This document shows positions 1 to 23,600 of a DNA stretch of 64,000 nt, in pieces. Source of the stretch: Sminthopsis crassicaudata (taxonomy: Eukaryota). Where the stretch lies: NCBI RefSeq assembly GCF_048593235.1, contig NC_133620.1:373393261-373457260 (forward strand), in the 5' to 3' direction. The translations under genes and the position numbers were made by a program. Under the pieces are notes generated by a model. It did no database searches. It was not told the DNA's origin and was given only the letters and a program-made list of their open reading frames with translations. The stretch's first letter is position 1. Every line of letters begins with the position of its first letter.

Positions 1-3000
1 GGGCATCGGCTCCTATGGCACTGCCGGGGTTTGAACAAAGTGGGCTTCTGGCTCTGATTTGATTCTGTGCTCCGTTCTTCTCTTGCCTTCTACCCTCTAG
101 TAGAGAGATTGAATGGGTCTGGGAGAGATACCGCGGAGGATTCAGTGGGAAAGATGGGGACGGGTCGCAGGAAGGGCCTGAGGGGGATGAGAGTGGACAG
201 AAGGAGGGAGAGGAAGAGCTGAGAACAGGGATCTTCCAGAGAACCAAAGGGAGAAAATGGAATGGGGAGGAGTGTGGTGAGGAGAGACAGAAGGAAGGGG
301 AAGAGAGGGTAGGGGGACACTCCATGAGGGCCATTGCAGAGAAGTGAGGGCTTTCTTAACCTAGGCACCCCCTGCCCTCCCACCACCATCCTCTTCCCTC
401 CTATCTCCCCTGCTGGGAACCTGGGCTGCCGGGGGCTCGCGGCATGATGAGACTAAGGTGGGTGCACCAAGGTCTTTCCCTTTTGGATGCCTGGGATGAG
501 AGGCTTAGGGGGAGGTGGACTCCCCCCCCCCCCAGCACCGGGAAGCAGCCAGCTCCTCTCACCTCCTTCCCCCTTCGTGGCTTGCGGTCTCTCCCCTCCC
601 TGTCTTGGCCCCCAGGAAGTGTGAGTTCTGGGGGTGGTGAGGTTAGGAGGGGGAAGGGATGGGGGGAAGCAGCAGAAGCTGGAGGGGCTAGGGCTGGAGG
701 GCACCACTCCTTTGTGCACCTTGGGATAAAAGGCCTTCTCTGAAGCGGCCATGGCAAGCAGAGCAGCAGATGAGATTTCTATCCCCTCTTCTCCTCAGGC
801 TTCTCCATCTTACCGAGCGGCCTTGAGATGCAAGGTTTGAGAATGGGTCAGAAAGTCTCGTGGAGGCAGCGGCCCGAGGTCTTTGGGGAAACCAGTCTGG
901 CTCTTTGGTCATCCCTCCCCCACCCCCACCCCTATCCCCTGGTCCAGCCGCAGGCCAAAGCCTGGGCTTCGTGCAAGTAACTCCACAAAAACAGGAAGAA
1001 AACCTGAAGCTGGAGATGGGTGGGGGTGGGGGAAGCATGGGGGAAGAGGTGCTCAGGGAGGCAGTGCTCAGTCTGCCCCATCTCTAATCTTTCTAGCTCG
1101 CTTTGAGGGTCTGTTTTTATTCCAAATCTGTGGAATCTTAAACACTTCTCTCGGAAAAACCGGGCAACTCTAGCAGCTTCTCTAGAACTAAACCTGGCGG
1201 CCCTGCCTCCACGCCATCCTCCGTGCCCAGCCTTCCCAACACCAGAATCTGACAATATTGGGGGGTGGGGAAAAACGAGGGAGGGAATGGACTCTTGTGT
1301 CTTAGTCCAGTATCTATTTTCTCCCTCACCCCGTAATCCTGGCTCCACCCCGCTAAGCTGTTTCCCCTAATCCCAGAGGTGGGGGAGGTGGTGGTCAGCT
1401 TGCTTTATTCAACTGTCCACCCAGAGCTTCCTAAACCTGCCCGTCAGCTGGCACCGACCAGCATCATTGGCCCTGCCGTTTATTATAACCCGCAAGTCCC
1501 TTGCTGCCTGGTATTGGCACCTGGGGCAGGGCACGAAACTTTGCTTTATCCAAATCCTGGGGCCGACGGCCTCTGCCCTTTTGGCTCCAGAGAAGTCGGC
1601 ATGCCCTGGTTAGTGCCCACTGGCACCAAGGAGGCTAGCTGGCGATATTGGTCTCCCCCTCTTCATCTCTTTATTGCACCCCCCCCAAACCAAGATGGGG
1701 CAGATTTGACTCAGGGCCCAGTTTCAAGAGAGCTGCCCACCTGCCCGGCCGGTCGAGCAGGCCTGACAGTGAGGGGAGCCTGGGGGGGTGGGGGTGGGGG
1801 GTGGCTGGCAAGGGGGGAAGATTGGGGCGGGGCCCCCAGCTTCCCGTCCCCCCCCAAGGCAAACAGACCAAACAGACCTCGCCTGGTTCCCTGGCACCCC
1901 CAGCACAGCTGCCCTCCCCACCCCCCAACTACCACCACACCCGTCCATGCCCACGAGGTCTTAGCAAGAGGGGGCATGCCAGGCAGGGTGGGGATGGGGC
2001 CGCCCTCATGGGGCGTTGGGGGCTGGGCGCTCTGGGATGGAGAGGTGGGCAGGTTGCCCGAGGGGGAGTGGGCACACCGGCACCAACACCCTGCCCCAGG
2101 AGAAAGAAAGGTCTCCAGTGGCCATATACACTCCCAGAAGCTGGGACTGTGCCCCCTTCCCTGGTTGGCACCAGCCTAGCACCAGGTATTATTCAGATTG
2201 GTGTAGGTGCCAGGATTCTGGGGGAATCTCCCTAGGGAGGGAAGGTGGGCTGGCCTTATTCCTCATCGGGCTCTCACCCGCTCTTGCTTTGCCCCTCACT
2301 CCCATGACCAGTATCCCCTTGGAATGGGCAGTGGTGTGGCTCTAAGGAGTTAAACACCCACTCCTGCCTGAGCCTGTGAGAGCTGCGTGGTGAACCAAGC
2401 TGCGCCCGTGACCTGAGAGTGGGGTCAGCCAATCAGCACCCCCGCCACACCAGGTTGCCAAGGAGATCGCCCCTGGGGTGGGAGAAGGAGGGAGGGCTCA
2501 GCAGAGAAAACTAGGGGGGGGTGGCAGGAGTAAGGGAATGGAAAGAGCCGAGTGCCCTCCGGTGCCCGGCTCACAGCCAGTGCACCTCCAGGACAGCCCC
2601 ATCCCCCCTCGAGGGTAAGCCTGGGGTCCCCTGGCTGCCCACCTCAGGCTCTGTGTATGTTCTGCTTCTGCTAAGCCTCAGGGAGAGCCCTGAGAGCCTT
2701 TTACAAAGGGCCACAGCCAGGCAGGAGAGGCTCCCCTCCTGGGGAAGGGGATACCTGCAGATGGTAGGGCACGCCGGCTCCCTTACCCCCCAGAAACCCA
2801 TGTGGGCAGCTGCTTGCTTAAGGCTTGGGGGCGGGAGAGCCTCCTCTGGGCTCTGCAATCAGGGAGGTGCACAGGAGAGCAGCGCACAGACACAATGCTG
2901 CTCTTGTATCTTAAGGAGGAAACTCGGGGCCCCGCCTCATCCCCCCTCCCCCAAATAGCGAGTCCCCACTGCTGGCCAGGGCTGGGCAGCTGCTGTGGGC

Positions 3001-4506
3001 GTGGCGGAGGTAACAGACACATAAAACGTGGAGCTGGAAGGGACCTTGGCCATGGCCGCCTTCAAGGCCTTCACTGGCAGAGAGGAGTCGACAGGCCCAA
3101 GGTCACACTGCCAGCAGCTCTCAGGGCTGGAACTTGGATCCAAGGCCTGGCTTGGTGGAGAGAACTGGGGGCGGTGTCCATAGCCCACACTAGGAGATGG
3201 GGAAATCTGGCCTCCACAAAGGCAGGGGCCTCTCCATTAGAGAGGGGAAAGTTTGGAGTCAAAGGGGCTTGGATCCGGGCTCTGCTGAGTGACTTTGAGC
3301 AAGCCAGGTTGCCTCTCTGAGGCCCAGTTTCAAAATGAGGAGAGTAACCCTTATGCAACCTGCCTCGCAGGGTCACTGTGGGGAAAGCACCTTGGAAACT
3401 GTAAATATCTTGTAATAGGAGACCCGGCCTGCCTTCCTACCTGCTCTCCTGGGCACGACCTGCGGGACGCTGTGCCCACCCCACACCCCCGTGGGTGCCC
3501 TCCTCAGTGCAGTGTGGGAAGGCGTCTTGGGTCCCCAGTTAATCCTCACCCTACCTAGGCTAACCAGAGCAGTGGCTTCAGAGGTGAAGAGGATATATTG
3601 GTGCTTGTGTGGCCACTTCCAGGGCCTGCCTGGGAATGGGGGAGGGGAAGATGGAATCTGTGAGGAGGGGGTAGGAGCAGGGAGCCTAGTGCATTGTCAG
3701 TGGGGGAGGGGTCGGGCAAGATGCTTATCTTCTGGGCAGGAAGCACCAGAGACACCCCAGCGCCCTTGGTGGCTGTTCCCCGGGCCCCATTGTTGGAGGG
3801 GGGAGAGGATGTAGGGGGGCCCCTGGGAGCTGCACATTTCCCGTCCACTAGATAGGGAGGGGCGCTCCAGATGGAGAGAACCTGATGGAGGGAAAAATTT
3901 AGGGTAAAACTGCATTCGATTTGTGATTCCTTTTGTGGTCTTTCTTCTGTGTCCATCACCTCATTTGAGCTGCCCCAACCTATGGGAGAAGTGAGGTAGT
4001 CTGAAAGGAGGCTGGGAGAGCAGAGATCACACTATGATAGCACATTTGAAACAGCTTAGAGATCACTTAGAAGCGCAGCAAGAGGTAAAAGTCCTGAGCT
4101 CTGGAGTCGGGGCGCACACCCAGAGCTGGGCTGCTTGTTATCTGTGTGACGTTGAACGGGTCACCTTTGTACCTCAGTTTCTACATTTGTAAAGGGTTGG
4201 ACTATTAACCTCCTCTAAAGCTGTAATCCCATGATGGCTCACAGACGAGCAAACTTGAGTTTTGGTGACCTGGGCAAAAATCACACGGTAAATTTAGTGG
4301 CAGAGCTGGGGTTAGATTCCAACTCTTCTTTTTGGCCAGTATTTTTTCCCTAGGGATTCCCAAGAGATGGCTTCTTAGAGGGAGAGGGAATGAATGGAGC
4401 TGCTGAAGCTGGGGCTTTGGTTAAACAAACTCCCCTACACTCCTTCCCTAAAAAACCCCAAGCTTCCCCTCTTAACCCTGTCTTTTCCCCCTCCCTGCAG
4501 GTGAGG

Positions 4507-5627
4507 ATGGGGAGCCCTGAAGATGATCTCATTGGGATTCCCTTCCCAGATCACAGCAGTGAGCTCCTCAGCTGTCTGAATGAGCAGCGCCAGCTGGGCC
4601 AGCTGTGCGATCTCACCATCCGAACCCAAGGCCTAGAGTACCGAACCCATCGGGCAGTGCTGGCTGCCTGCAGCCACTATTTTAAGAAACTCTTCACTGA
4701 GGGAGGCGGGGGCACAGGTACCAGTGGTGGAATGGCCGCCTCCGCGGGTGCTGGCGTCTGTGAACTGGACTTTGTGGGGCCTGAAGCACTGGGGGCCTTG
4801 CTTGAGTTTGCCTACACAGCCACCCTCACCACCAGCAGCGCCAACATGCCTGCTGTCCTCCAGGCGGCGAGACTGCTGGAGATCCCCTGTGTCATTGCTG
4901 CCTGTGTGGAAATCCTGCAGGGGAGTGGGCTGGAAGCCCCTGGTCCTGATGAAGATGACTGTGAGAGAGCCCGCCAGTACCTGGAGGCCTTTGCAACTGT
5001 GGGCACTCGGGTGCCCAATGGGGATGACAGTCCCCTCCCAGCCCCTCTTCCACCACCACCGCCCCCGACACGGCCTGTTCCTCGACGAAGCCGAAAGCCC
5101 CGAAAAGCCTTTTTGCAGACAAAGAGGCCTCAAACCAACCATCTGGCAACTGATGTGGCTGCCATTCACCCCCACCCCTTTACCTACCCAGATGAGGAAG
5201 AGGCAACAAGTGGCATTGGGCTAGGTGATGGCTATAGCCCCCCTGGTGGGGCCAGGTCACCCCCTGAGGGGCACCCGGGCTATGAAGGATATGAGGGGGA
5301 GGAAGAAGAGGAAGACCTGGTGTATCCGCCAACATATGGTCTGGCTCAGAGCGGAGCGCCCCCCCTATCCCCTGAAGAGCTGGGCTCAGATGAAGATGCC
5401 ATTGACCCCGACCTGATGGCCTATCTGAGTTCCCTGAACCACGAAGCCCTCACACCGGGGATAGATGGCCAGGACAAACTGGTACGCAAGCGTCGTTCCC
5501 AGATGCCCCAAGAATGTCCTGTTTGCCACAAGATCATTCACGGGGCGGGCAAGTTACCCCGACACATGCGGACCCACACTGGTGAGAAGCCTTTTGCCTG
5601 CGAAGTCTGTGGAGTCAGATTCACCAG
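4507..5627 (+). CDS. ZBTB7B: ZBTB7B first coding exon (BTB domain to ZF2)
   Basis: ATG at 4507, 6 nt after the acceptor; ends ttc acc ag|gtgaat. Confidence 0.97.
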
Positions 5628-6822
5628 GTGAATTTCCGCGGGGGTAAAGAGGGGCAAGAGGGTACAGGAGAGTGCCATACTCACTGAGGACCCAGGAAGG
5701 GGAGGAGCCCCGGGTGGAATCCCCAGCCTAGGGAGGACTATACAGGGATGTAGAGGAAGTGGAGAGAGGGACAGAGGAAGGGGGCAAAAAGGCCAAAATG
5801 AACAGTTTGGATACTGCAATAGGGCAGATGGGGACCAGGCAGATGAAGAACAGAATGAAGCTAAAATGGATTGTTGTTTATCCTTTCTCATAGTGGGGCA
5901 GGACACCAGGGAGGCAATCCCATGAAATGCTAGGGAGGTGGCTTAAGTCACCGGCCTCACTTCCCCCTCCAGAGCCATTCGGGTCCAGGAGGCCAGATGA
6001 AGATCAGGACAATGCACGTGGCTCTGGATGCAGTGGGAGACCTTGGCCTTTTAAACTGAGGTCCCCCCAGATCTCACTTTGAGGCAATGCCTTTCAGTGA
6101 TTAAGGCTAGGTACAAATGAGGCCAAAATGGGAGGGAAATCAGGAAGCCCAGTGCCTGAGGACAGAGCTACAGGGAGGAGGAGGAGGAGGATGGTGGTGA
6201 TGATGGAGCAGAAGTGAGAGCAGGGCTGAGGGGAAAGGTAAACATGTACAGAAATCAGGTTAGTGGGGCGTCTGCGAGGCCACAAGGACTTTTCCAGGCC
6301 TTATTCTCACCTGCAGATGCTTACCCTATCTCTTCTACCCCCCCACCCCTCTCTAGGAACGACAAGCTGAAGATCCACATGAGGAAGCATACTGGTGAAC
6401 GGCCATACTCGTGCCCACACTGCCCGGCGCGCTTCCTCCACAGCTATGACCTCAAGAACCACATGCACCTGCACACAGGCGACCGGCCCTTCGAATGCCA
6501 CCTGTGCCACAAGGCCTTCGCCAAGGAGGACCACCTGCAGCGCCACTTGAAGGGCCAAAACTGCTTGGAGGTCCGGACCCGCCGACGAAGAAAAGATGAT
6601 GCACCTCCCCACTACCCCCCACCCCAGGCACCCACCCCAGCCGGCCCTGGCCTTGACCTTTCCAACGGGCATCTGGATGACTTCCGCCTCTCTCTGGCAC
6701 GTTTCTGGGAGCAGCCAGCCAGGGCCGTGCCTCCTCCTCCTCCCCCAGGGCCTCCCGAAGAAGATGAGGAGGAGGGGGCACCAACCACCCCCCAGGCCGA
6801 GGGTGCCATGGAATCCTCTTAA
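4507..6822 (+). CDS. ZBTB7B: ZBTB7B (ThPOK/cKrox), BTB-POZ plus four C2H2 zinc fingers; join(4507..5627,6357..6822), 528 aa
   Basis: [42 protein letters not shown] (BTB domain); zinc fingers [21 protein letters not shown] onward; C-terminus EGAMESS*. Acceptor ctgcag ends at 4500; phase-2 GT-AG intron 5628-6356. Confidence 0.98.
6357..6822 (+). CDS. ZBTB7B: ZBTB7B last coding exon (ZF2 end to ZF4, acidic/Pro tail)
   Basis: ctctag|g aac gac aag: [18 protein letters not shown]...; TAA at 6820-6822. Confidence 0.97.
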
Positions 6823-6988
6823 ATGGGAAAAGGAGCTGGACTAGGGCGGAGTCCCAGGGTGGGCACCGATGCCAAGGAATGGGAGGGCTCTGGAGCAGAC
6901 TGTCCTGGGTGGGTCAGGGGAACTTTGCCAGACTCGGCTCCTCTGTAACTTGGCAGCTCCCAGTTTGTTCCCCCCACCAAGGGGCGAT

Positions 6989-6990
6989 AA

Positions 6991-7025
<35 letters not shown>

Positions 7026-7035
7026 GAATATTTTG

Positions 7036-7066
<31 letters not shown>
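6989..7066. repeat. (TA)n/(CA)n microsatellite in the ZBTB7B 3' UTR
   Basis: Seen directly. Confidence 0.95.
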
Positions 7067-7379
7067 GCTCTATTGTAAAAGGCGGGGTCTCCCTCCCCAG
7101 CCCTGGGCCTTCCCAGGGATTAGAAGCAATAATATATTTCTGATTTGTGGGGGTTCCCTCTTCGGCTATGCGGGTTTTTAGGGGGGTGCGGGCTGTGGGA
7201 CCAAATCCCTGCCCCACCCGCCCGAGGGGCGGGGCTGTGTGCTTGGGCGGACGCTGCCCCTCCTCTCCCGACCCTCTTCCTGCTTTCTGTTCCCCTTTTC
7301 CTGGCAGTGGATTATGCAAAAGTCGGGGTGGGGGTCGCGGGGAGGACCGGCCTGGGAGCGGAGGGGGGACTGCAGGGAG

Positions 7380-7940
7380 GGAAGGCCGGGGGCTGGGGGC
7401 GCCGGAGGGAGAGTGGGGCAGGCGGCTCCCGGCGCTGAGTCACGGGGTCCGAGCCGAGAGCGGAGGGGGCGGGGTGCCCAGATGCTCTCGCCCGCCCCCG
7501 GGGGCAGCAGGAGGAGCCCCACCCGCTCCCCTCCCTCCCGCTTCCCCAGGCAGGGAATGTCTTGTTCCCGCCGCTCCCCGCCCGCGGCCAGAGGGCTGGG
7601 CGGGCCGGGCTCCGTCCCATCCTAGCCCTGCCCTCCCTCCCCGGGCCCTCTCCCTTCCCCGCCCAGGTGCGGGCCGCCGCCGCCGCCGCTGCCCCTGGTG
7701 CGGCCGCCGCCGCGCCCCTGACTCACGCCGCCCCCGGGCTGGCGCTGCAGCTGCTACTGCCGCCGCCGCCGCTGCCGGCCGGGGGGGGGGGGAGGGGGGG
7801 GCGAGGGACGGGGGCCGGGAAGGGGAGGGGGAGGCCGGGCTGGTGGGCGAGCGCCCCCTCGCGGCCGCTTTGGGCGAGTAGATTCCACCCCCCCAACCCC
7901 CGCTGCCTGTGGGCGGGCGCCCCCTCGCGGCGGCGCCGTA
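7380..7940. promoter_or_regulatory. CpG island inside the ZBTB7B 3' UTR
   Basis: Very GC- and CpG-rich with (GCC)n runs; TGAGTCA at 7436 and TGACTCA at 7719. Confidence 0.7.
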
Positions 7941-8705
7941 ATGGCTTGAATGTGCTGCAGGTCCCTGGAGGGGCTGCACAAATACTTGTCCCTGTTCTGC
8001 CCCATTTCTCGGGGGCTTCTCCTGTGTTAGGTAGGGGGTCTCTTCCCGCCCTCTCCCCACCCCCTTCTCCTTTAGGATCCAATCCACCCATCCTTCTGTA
8101 CATAGTATCTTCTGTTGGTCTTGTTGAAATCTAGTTTGAAAATTTTAATTCCCTCTTGATTTCTGGGGTGACGGGAGGGCGCTGGGGACTCTCTCCAGCC
8201 CTCTTCCTCGCTGGGTGCTGGACCCCCACTGTGGCCTGGGCTCTGCTGATTGGGCTGGTGAGGGGGGTCCCTCCCTCCCCCACCCCAACTCTGCCTTGCA
8301 CTATTCCCCTCCCTGGCCTGGTGGCCCCTCCCCCTCCCGGGGGGCAGGTTCAGGGGCCGGTGCTGTCTTCCCTTCCTCCCCCTCCCACTGTGCCCCATGC
8401 CCATTTGCACAGCTGCTCAGGCCTCTCCCCCCGGGCTAGGGGGGTCGGGGAGAGGGTAGCGGGACCAGTCCCTGTATCTATTTAAGGCGTGATGATGTAA
8501 TATATTGGGGGGTTGGGTGCCCCGGGCCTCATCTTAGCATTTCAGGTGGTGGGGGGCCCAGGGCTGGGGGGGAGGGAGACTGGGGACACCTTGGCCTCCC
8601 CTCCCCCTTCCCTTGGCTTTTCCAGTCAGTGCCTTAGGGTTGGGGGGGGCAGTTCCCCCTCTCCTGCCCCGTTCCCTTTCCCTCCCCTCGGGTGTAAGCA
8701 ACAGA

Positions 8706-8764
8706 AAGAAAATAATAATAATTTAAGATTCGCAGTTGTCTTGGTGGTCTCTTCCTTCTTTAAT
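8706..8764. terminator. Convergent polyadenylation region of ZBTB7B (+; AAGAAA/AATAAT at 8706-8722) and DCST2 (-; ATTAAA at 8764-8759)
   Basis: No canonical AATAAA/ATTAAA seen on + between the ZBTB7B stop and here; GT/T-rich tract at 8735-8761; tttaat on + at 8759-8764. Confidence 0.6.
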
Positions 8765-8819
8765 GGGGGTGGGAGACTGAGAGCAGGCTGGGTGGGAGGG
8801 GAAGCCGAGGAGAGCGCGG

Positions 8820-20541
<11,722 letters not shown>

Positions 20542-20611
20542 ATGGGAGGTAAACTGAGTCAAGCCAAGGAAACTGGCCTGAAAGAACAGAAAAAGAAACC
20601 ACCCAATACCA
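20542..20611 (+). CDS. DCST1: DCST1 coding exon 1
   Basis: [23 protein letters not shown]|gtaagt; phase matches the next exon; the sequence itself is poorly conserved. Confidence 0.8.
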
Positions 20612-23600
20612 GTAAGTCACCTTCTCAATTACACTTTCCCCTTCTTCCTCTCCTGATACTGTCTATTAATGTCCCCTCAGTCCCTGCCCCTTTTCCTTGG
20701 ATGTTCTCTCAGCCCCTGTGTCTGGGTGCTTACACTTTTACCTATAGTATCTCTACCTATTTTATATCCAGTTGAACACATCCAACCAAAGAAAAGTCAC
20801 TGGTTGTGTACTTTAGCTGACATGCCCATGTCAGTGAGGGGGCATTTTAGCAAAACATTCCTCCATAGCTCTGAATCGATTCCTGAGATGGATGCTGCCC
20901 GTTCCCTGTGCCCGGTTTGTATGGAGAAAGCCGGGAGAGTTTCCTGTCACTTCATTCCTACTGGGAGCTGGCACTGGAGGGCTCCTAGCTGTGGGTAAGT
21001 AGGTCACAGAACCACAGAATCCAAGAATCTGGGAGCTGGAAGTGACCTAGGTTTCCTTCTAGTCCAGCACATAACAAAAGACCTTCCTACTATAATGTAT
21101 CTGATAAATGATCATCCACTTCAAGGCCTCAAATGAGGGAGAAACTCACCACTTCAATCAATTCTACTTTTCACTGATTGTTAGGAAGTTCTTTCCTGAC
21201 ATCAAGCTTAAATTGAACACTTTGCAACTGCTACCCTTTATTTCTATTTATGCCCTCTGCCATTCACACAGCAGCCTTTCAAATATTTAGAGACAGCTAG
21301 AGTCTCTGGGTCTTCCGTTCTCCAAATGCCTTCAGTCCAGTTGTTTCAGCCTATCCTTTTATATCATGAACTAAAGACTCTTCATCTTGGATGTCCTCTA
21401 AACACTCTGCAAGTTCTCAATTTCCTTCTTAAAACATCTCTTCCTCATCCCACTAGGGGTTATTTATAAGCAGAGAAGAAGGATTAAGTAAATAGCAGAC
21501 AGGGCTGGTTTCCTTTGAATGTTGACCTCTGATTCTCAGGTCTCACCCATATTTTGCTGACCCCCATAAACCTCTATGAAGAGCAGAAGATAATGTTGAC
21601 ATACGGCATAGTGGGTAAGTGAAAAAAAAAAAAGGGTCTGCAAGGGCCCATGTCATGGCAACAGTGTCCAAAGCAGTAAGTCTGCACTTAGCCATGAAGA
21701 TGCTTCCTGAGTCAAAACCTCCTCTAATGTGTGCTATGGGGAATCCAGATGTCCAAAGACAGAAGGCGTAGGGAAGCTCCCAATCTGATAGAAGTGACAG
21801 AATACTTCTGCCTAAAACACAGTGGAACACTGGAAGTAGGGCAGAATCATGGGCGGACAAGTGATTGAGTTGGATAAGTGATGCCGATGGTGGTGGTGTA
21901 GTAGTAGTAGTAGGGACAACATTTAAGGTTAACATTTAAGTGCTTTCACTTTACACATATTATCTTATTTGATCCTCAAAATGATTTTGCTAGGCTCTTG
22001 TTCACTTGTGTCTGCCTCTTCATTTGGGATTTTCTTGGGAAAAATACTGGAGTGGTTTGCTGATTCCCTCTGCACCTCATTTAATAGATGAGGAAACAGG
22101 ATTAAGTGACTTGCCCAAGATCATACAGCTGGTAAATTTCTGAAGTAGGATTTGAAATCAGGTGGTCTTGTCTGAAATCCACCCCGAGACACCTCTGGGG
22201 TGGGAGAAAGCAATAATGAGGGAAATGTTCTTAGGAAATGGGAATGGAGAACAGTTTTGTGAACAAGGAATCAGGCAGGGAAGAGAGGAGGAAGAGTGCC
22301 TTGGGGAAGACAGATTACAGAAATGAGTGTATGAGGTCTAGCTTCTCCTGCCTGAGATAGAGAATTAAATTGGAGCTCCTAATGGAGTAGAATTTCATGG
22401 ATCAGAGAAATGTGTAGCCAGAAGAAGCAGCAGCCTTCCAGCACTTGGGGTGGATTCCATGTGGAAAAATTAATCAGAGAGAGAGAGGATGGAAGTGATC
22501 TGTACTGTAGGAGAGAATGTCCATATCCATGAGTCTGTGGATCTATTGATTATGTTTCTTTGTGCCTAGAAGTGTGCTTGACATTAAAGGAGGTATAGAA
22601 AACACCTCCCCTACTTCAGTGCTAGGGCAGGTAAGGGAGAGCTCTTAGCAGGTTGAAATAGCCAAGGAACAAGACCAGCTGCAGGGTGGCAAAGCTCAGG
22701 AGGAATCTTGTAGATGGTCCAATAGATATTTGTCACCCCCCCCCAACTCTATTCTCTTATCTACTCTCTGGACAGGCTTGGGAGCCCTGGGCTGGAGCAT
22801 TTCCCCCTATATTCGTTGTGCCAGCATTCTGCTGGTCCCCAAAATGCTGGGCAAAGAGGGAAGGCTACTGATGCTCGGCTATGTACTGGCTGCTCTCTAT
22901 GAAGGTGAGTATCTGCCAGAAATTCAGCTGGGACGTGCTCTCAGGCAGTGGGCAGTCACTGGGAGGGCATTCAGTGGGAGAAGATGGAATGATAATAGAG
23001 CTAGCATCCCTTAATTTTCTAAAATTTACAAATAAAAAATAAAATTTTACAAATATTATTTCATTTTATCTTTACAACAACTTGTTGTTATTACCCCCAT
23101 CTTACAGATGAAGAAACCAGACAGCCAGAAATTATTGACTTACCCAGAGTGACTTAGCTAGCATGCTTCTGAGGCAGGATTTGGGCATCCAGATCCCAAG
23201 TCATGGGCGCTCTCTACTGTATCTCCTAGCTGTGTAAAGAACTCATCAGGATCATAGGATCTTAGATATTAGATCTTCAAGACATATTACAGATCTTTGA
23301 ATCCAAACCGCTCCTTTCACAAGGGAGAAAAATGAAAGCATGAGAGATTTGGCCAGGGTCACATTTCTGACAAGATTTGAAGAAATGCAAAGTATATTAT
23401 ACCCCAGGGTCACATATCCCGGGGTGCTGAGACAGGGATCAAGGTCAAAGTTGTAGCTAGTTAAAGGAAGAATTTTGGCCCCTCTCCCTCTGCCCCTTTC
23501 CTCTTTCAGGGCCTGTGGCCAATCTGCGGCACAATTTGAATGAAGTGGTGTTATCTCTGGGCTGTACGGTAGAACTTCAGATCAACCATACTCGAATGGC

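Noticed and set aside
115-234. Frame reading ...GRDTAEDSVGKMGTG..., reminiscent of LENEP (RDT...KMGTG), the gene upstream of ZBTB7B in human
   Set aside because: Only two short word matches, the rest does not resemble the recalled LENEP sequence, and LENEP should lie much further upstream; probably chance.
1379-2179. 266-aa ORF upstream of ZBTB7B
   Set aside because: Starts at GTG, low-complexity G/P-rich product, no recognisable domain; typical of stop-poor GC-rich DNA.
4390-4506. In-frame ATGs giving a 39-aa N-terminal extension of ZBTB7B
   Set aside because: They lie upstream of a strong acceptor (pyrimidine tract plus ctgcag at 4500), so they are intronic; the extension is not recognisable.
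6317-6356. Alternative acceptor ctgcag| 40 nt upstream of the last ZBTB7B exon
   Set aside because: It would shift the frame within zinc finger 2.
7147-8087. Overlapping 215-244 aa ORFs on both strands of the ZBTB7B 3' UTR
   Set aside because: Ala/Gly/Pro/Arg-rich products expected from a CpG island; no domain or codon evidence.
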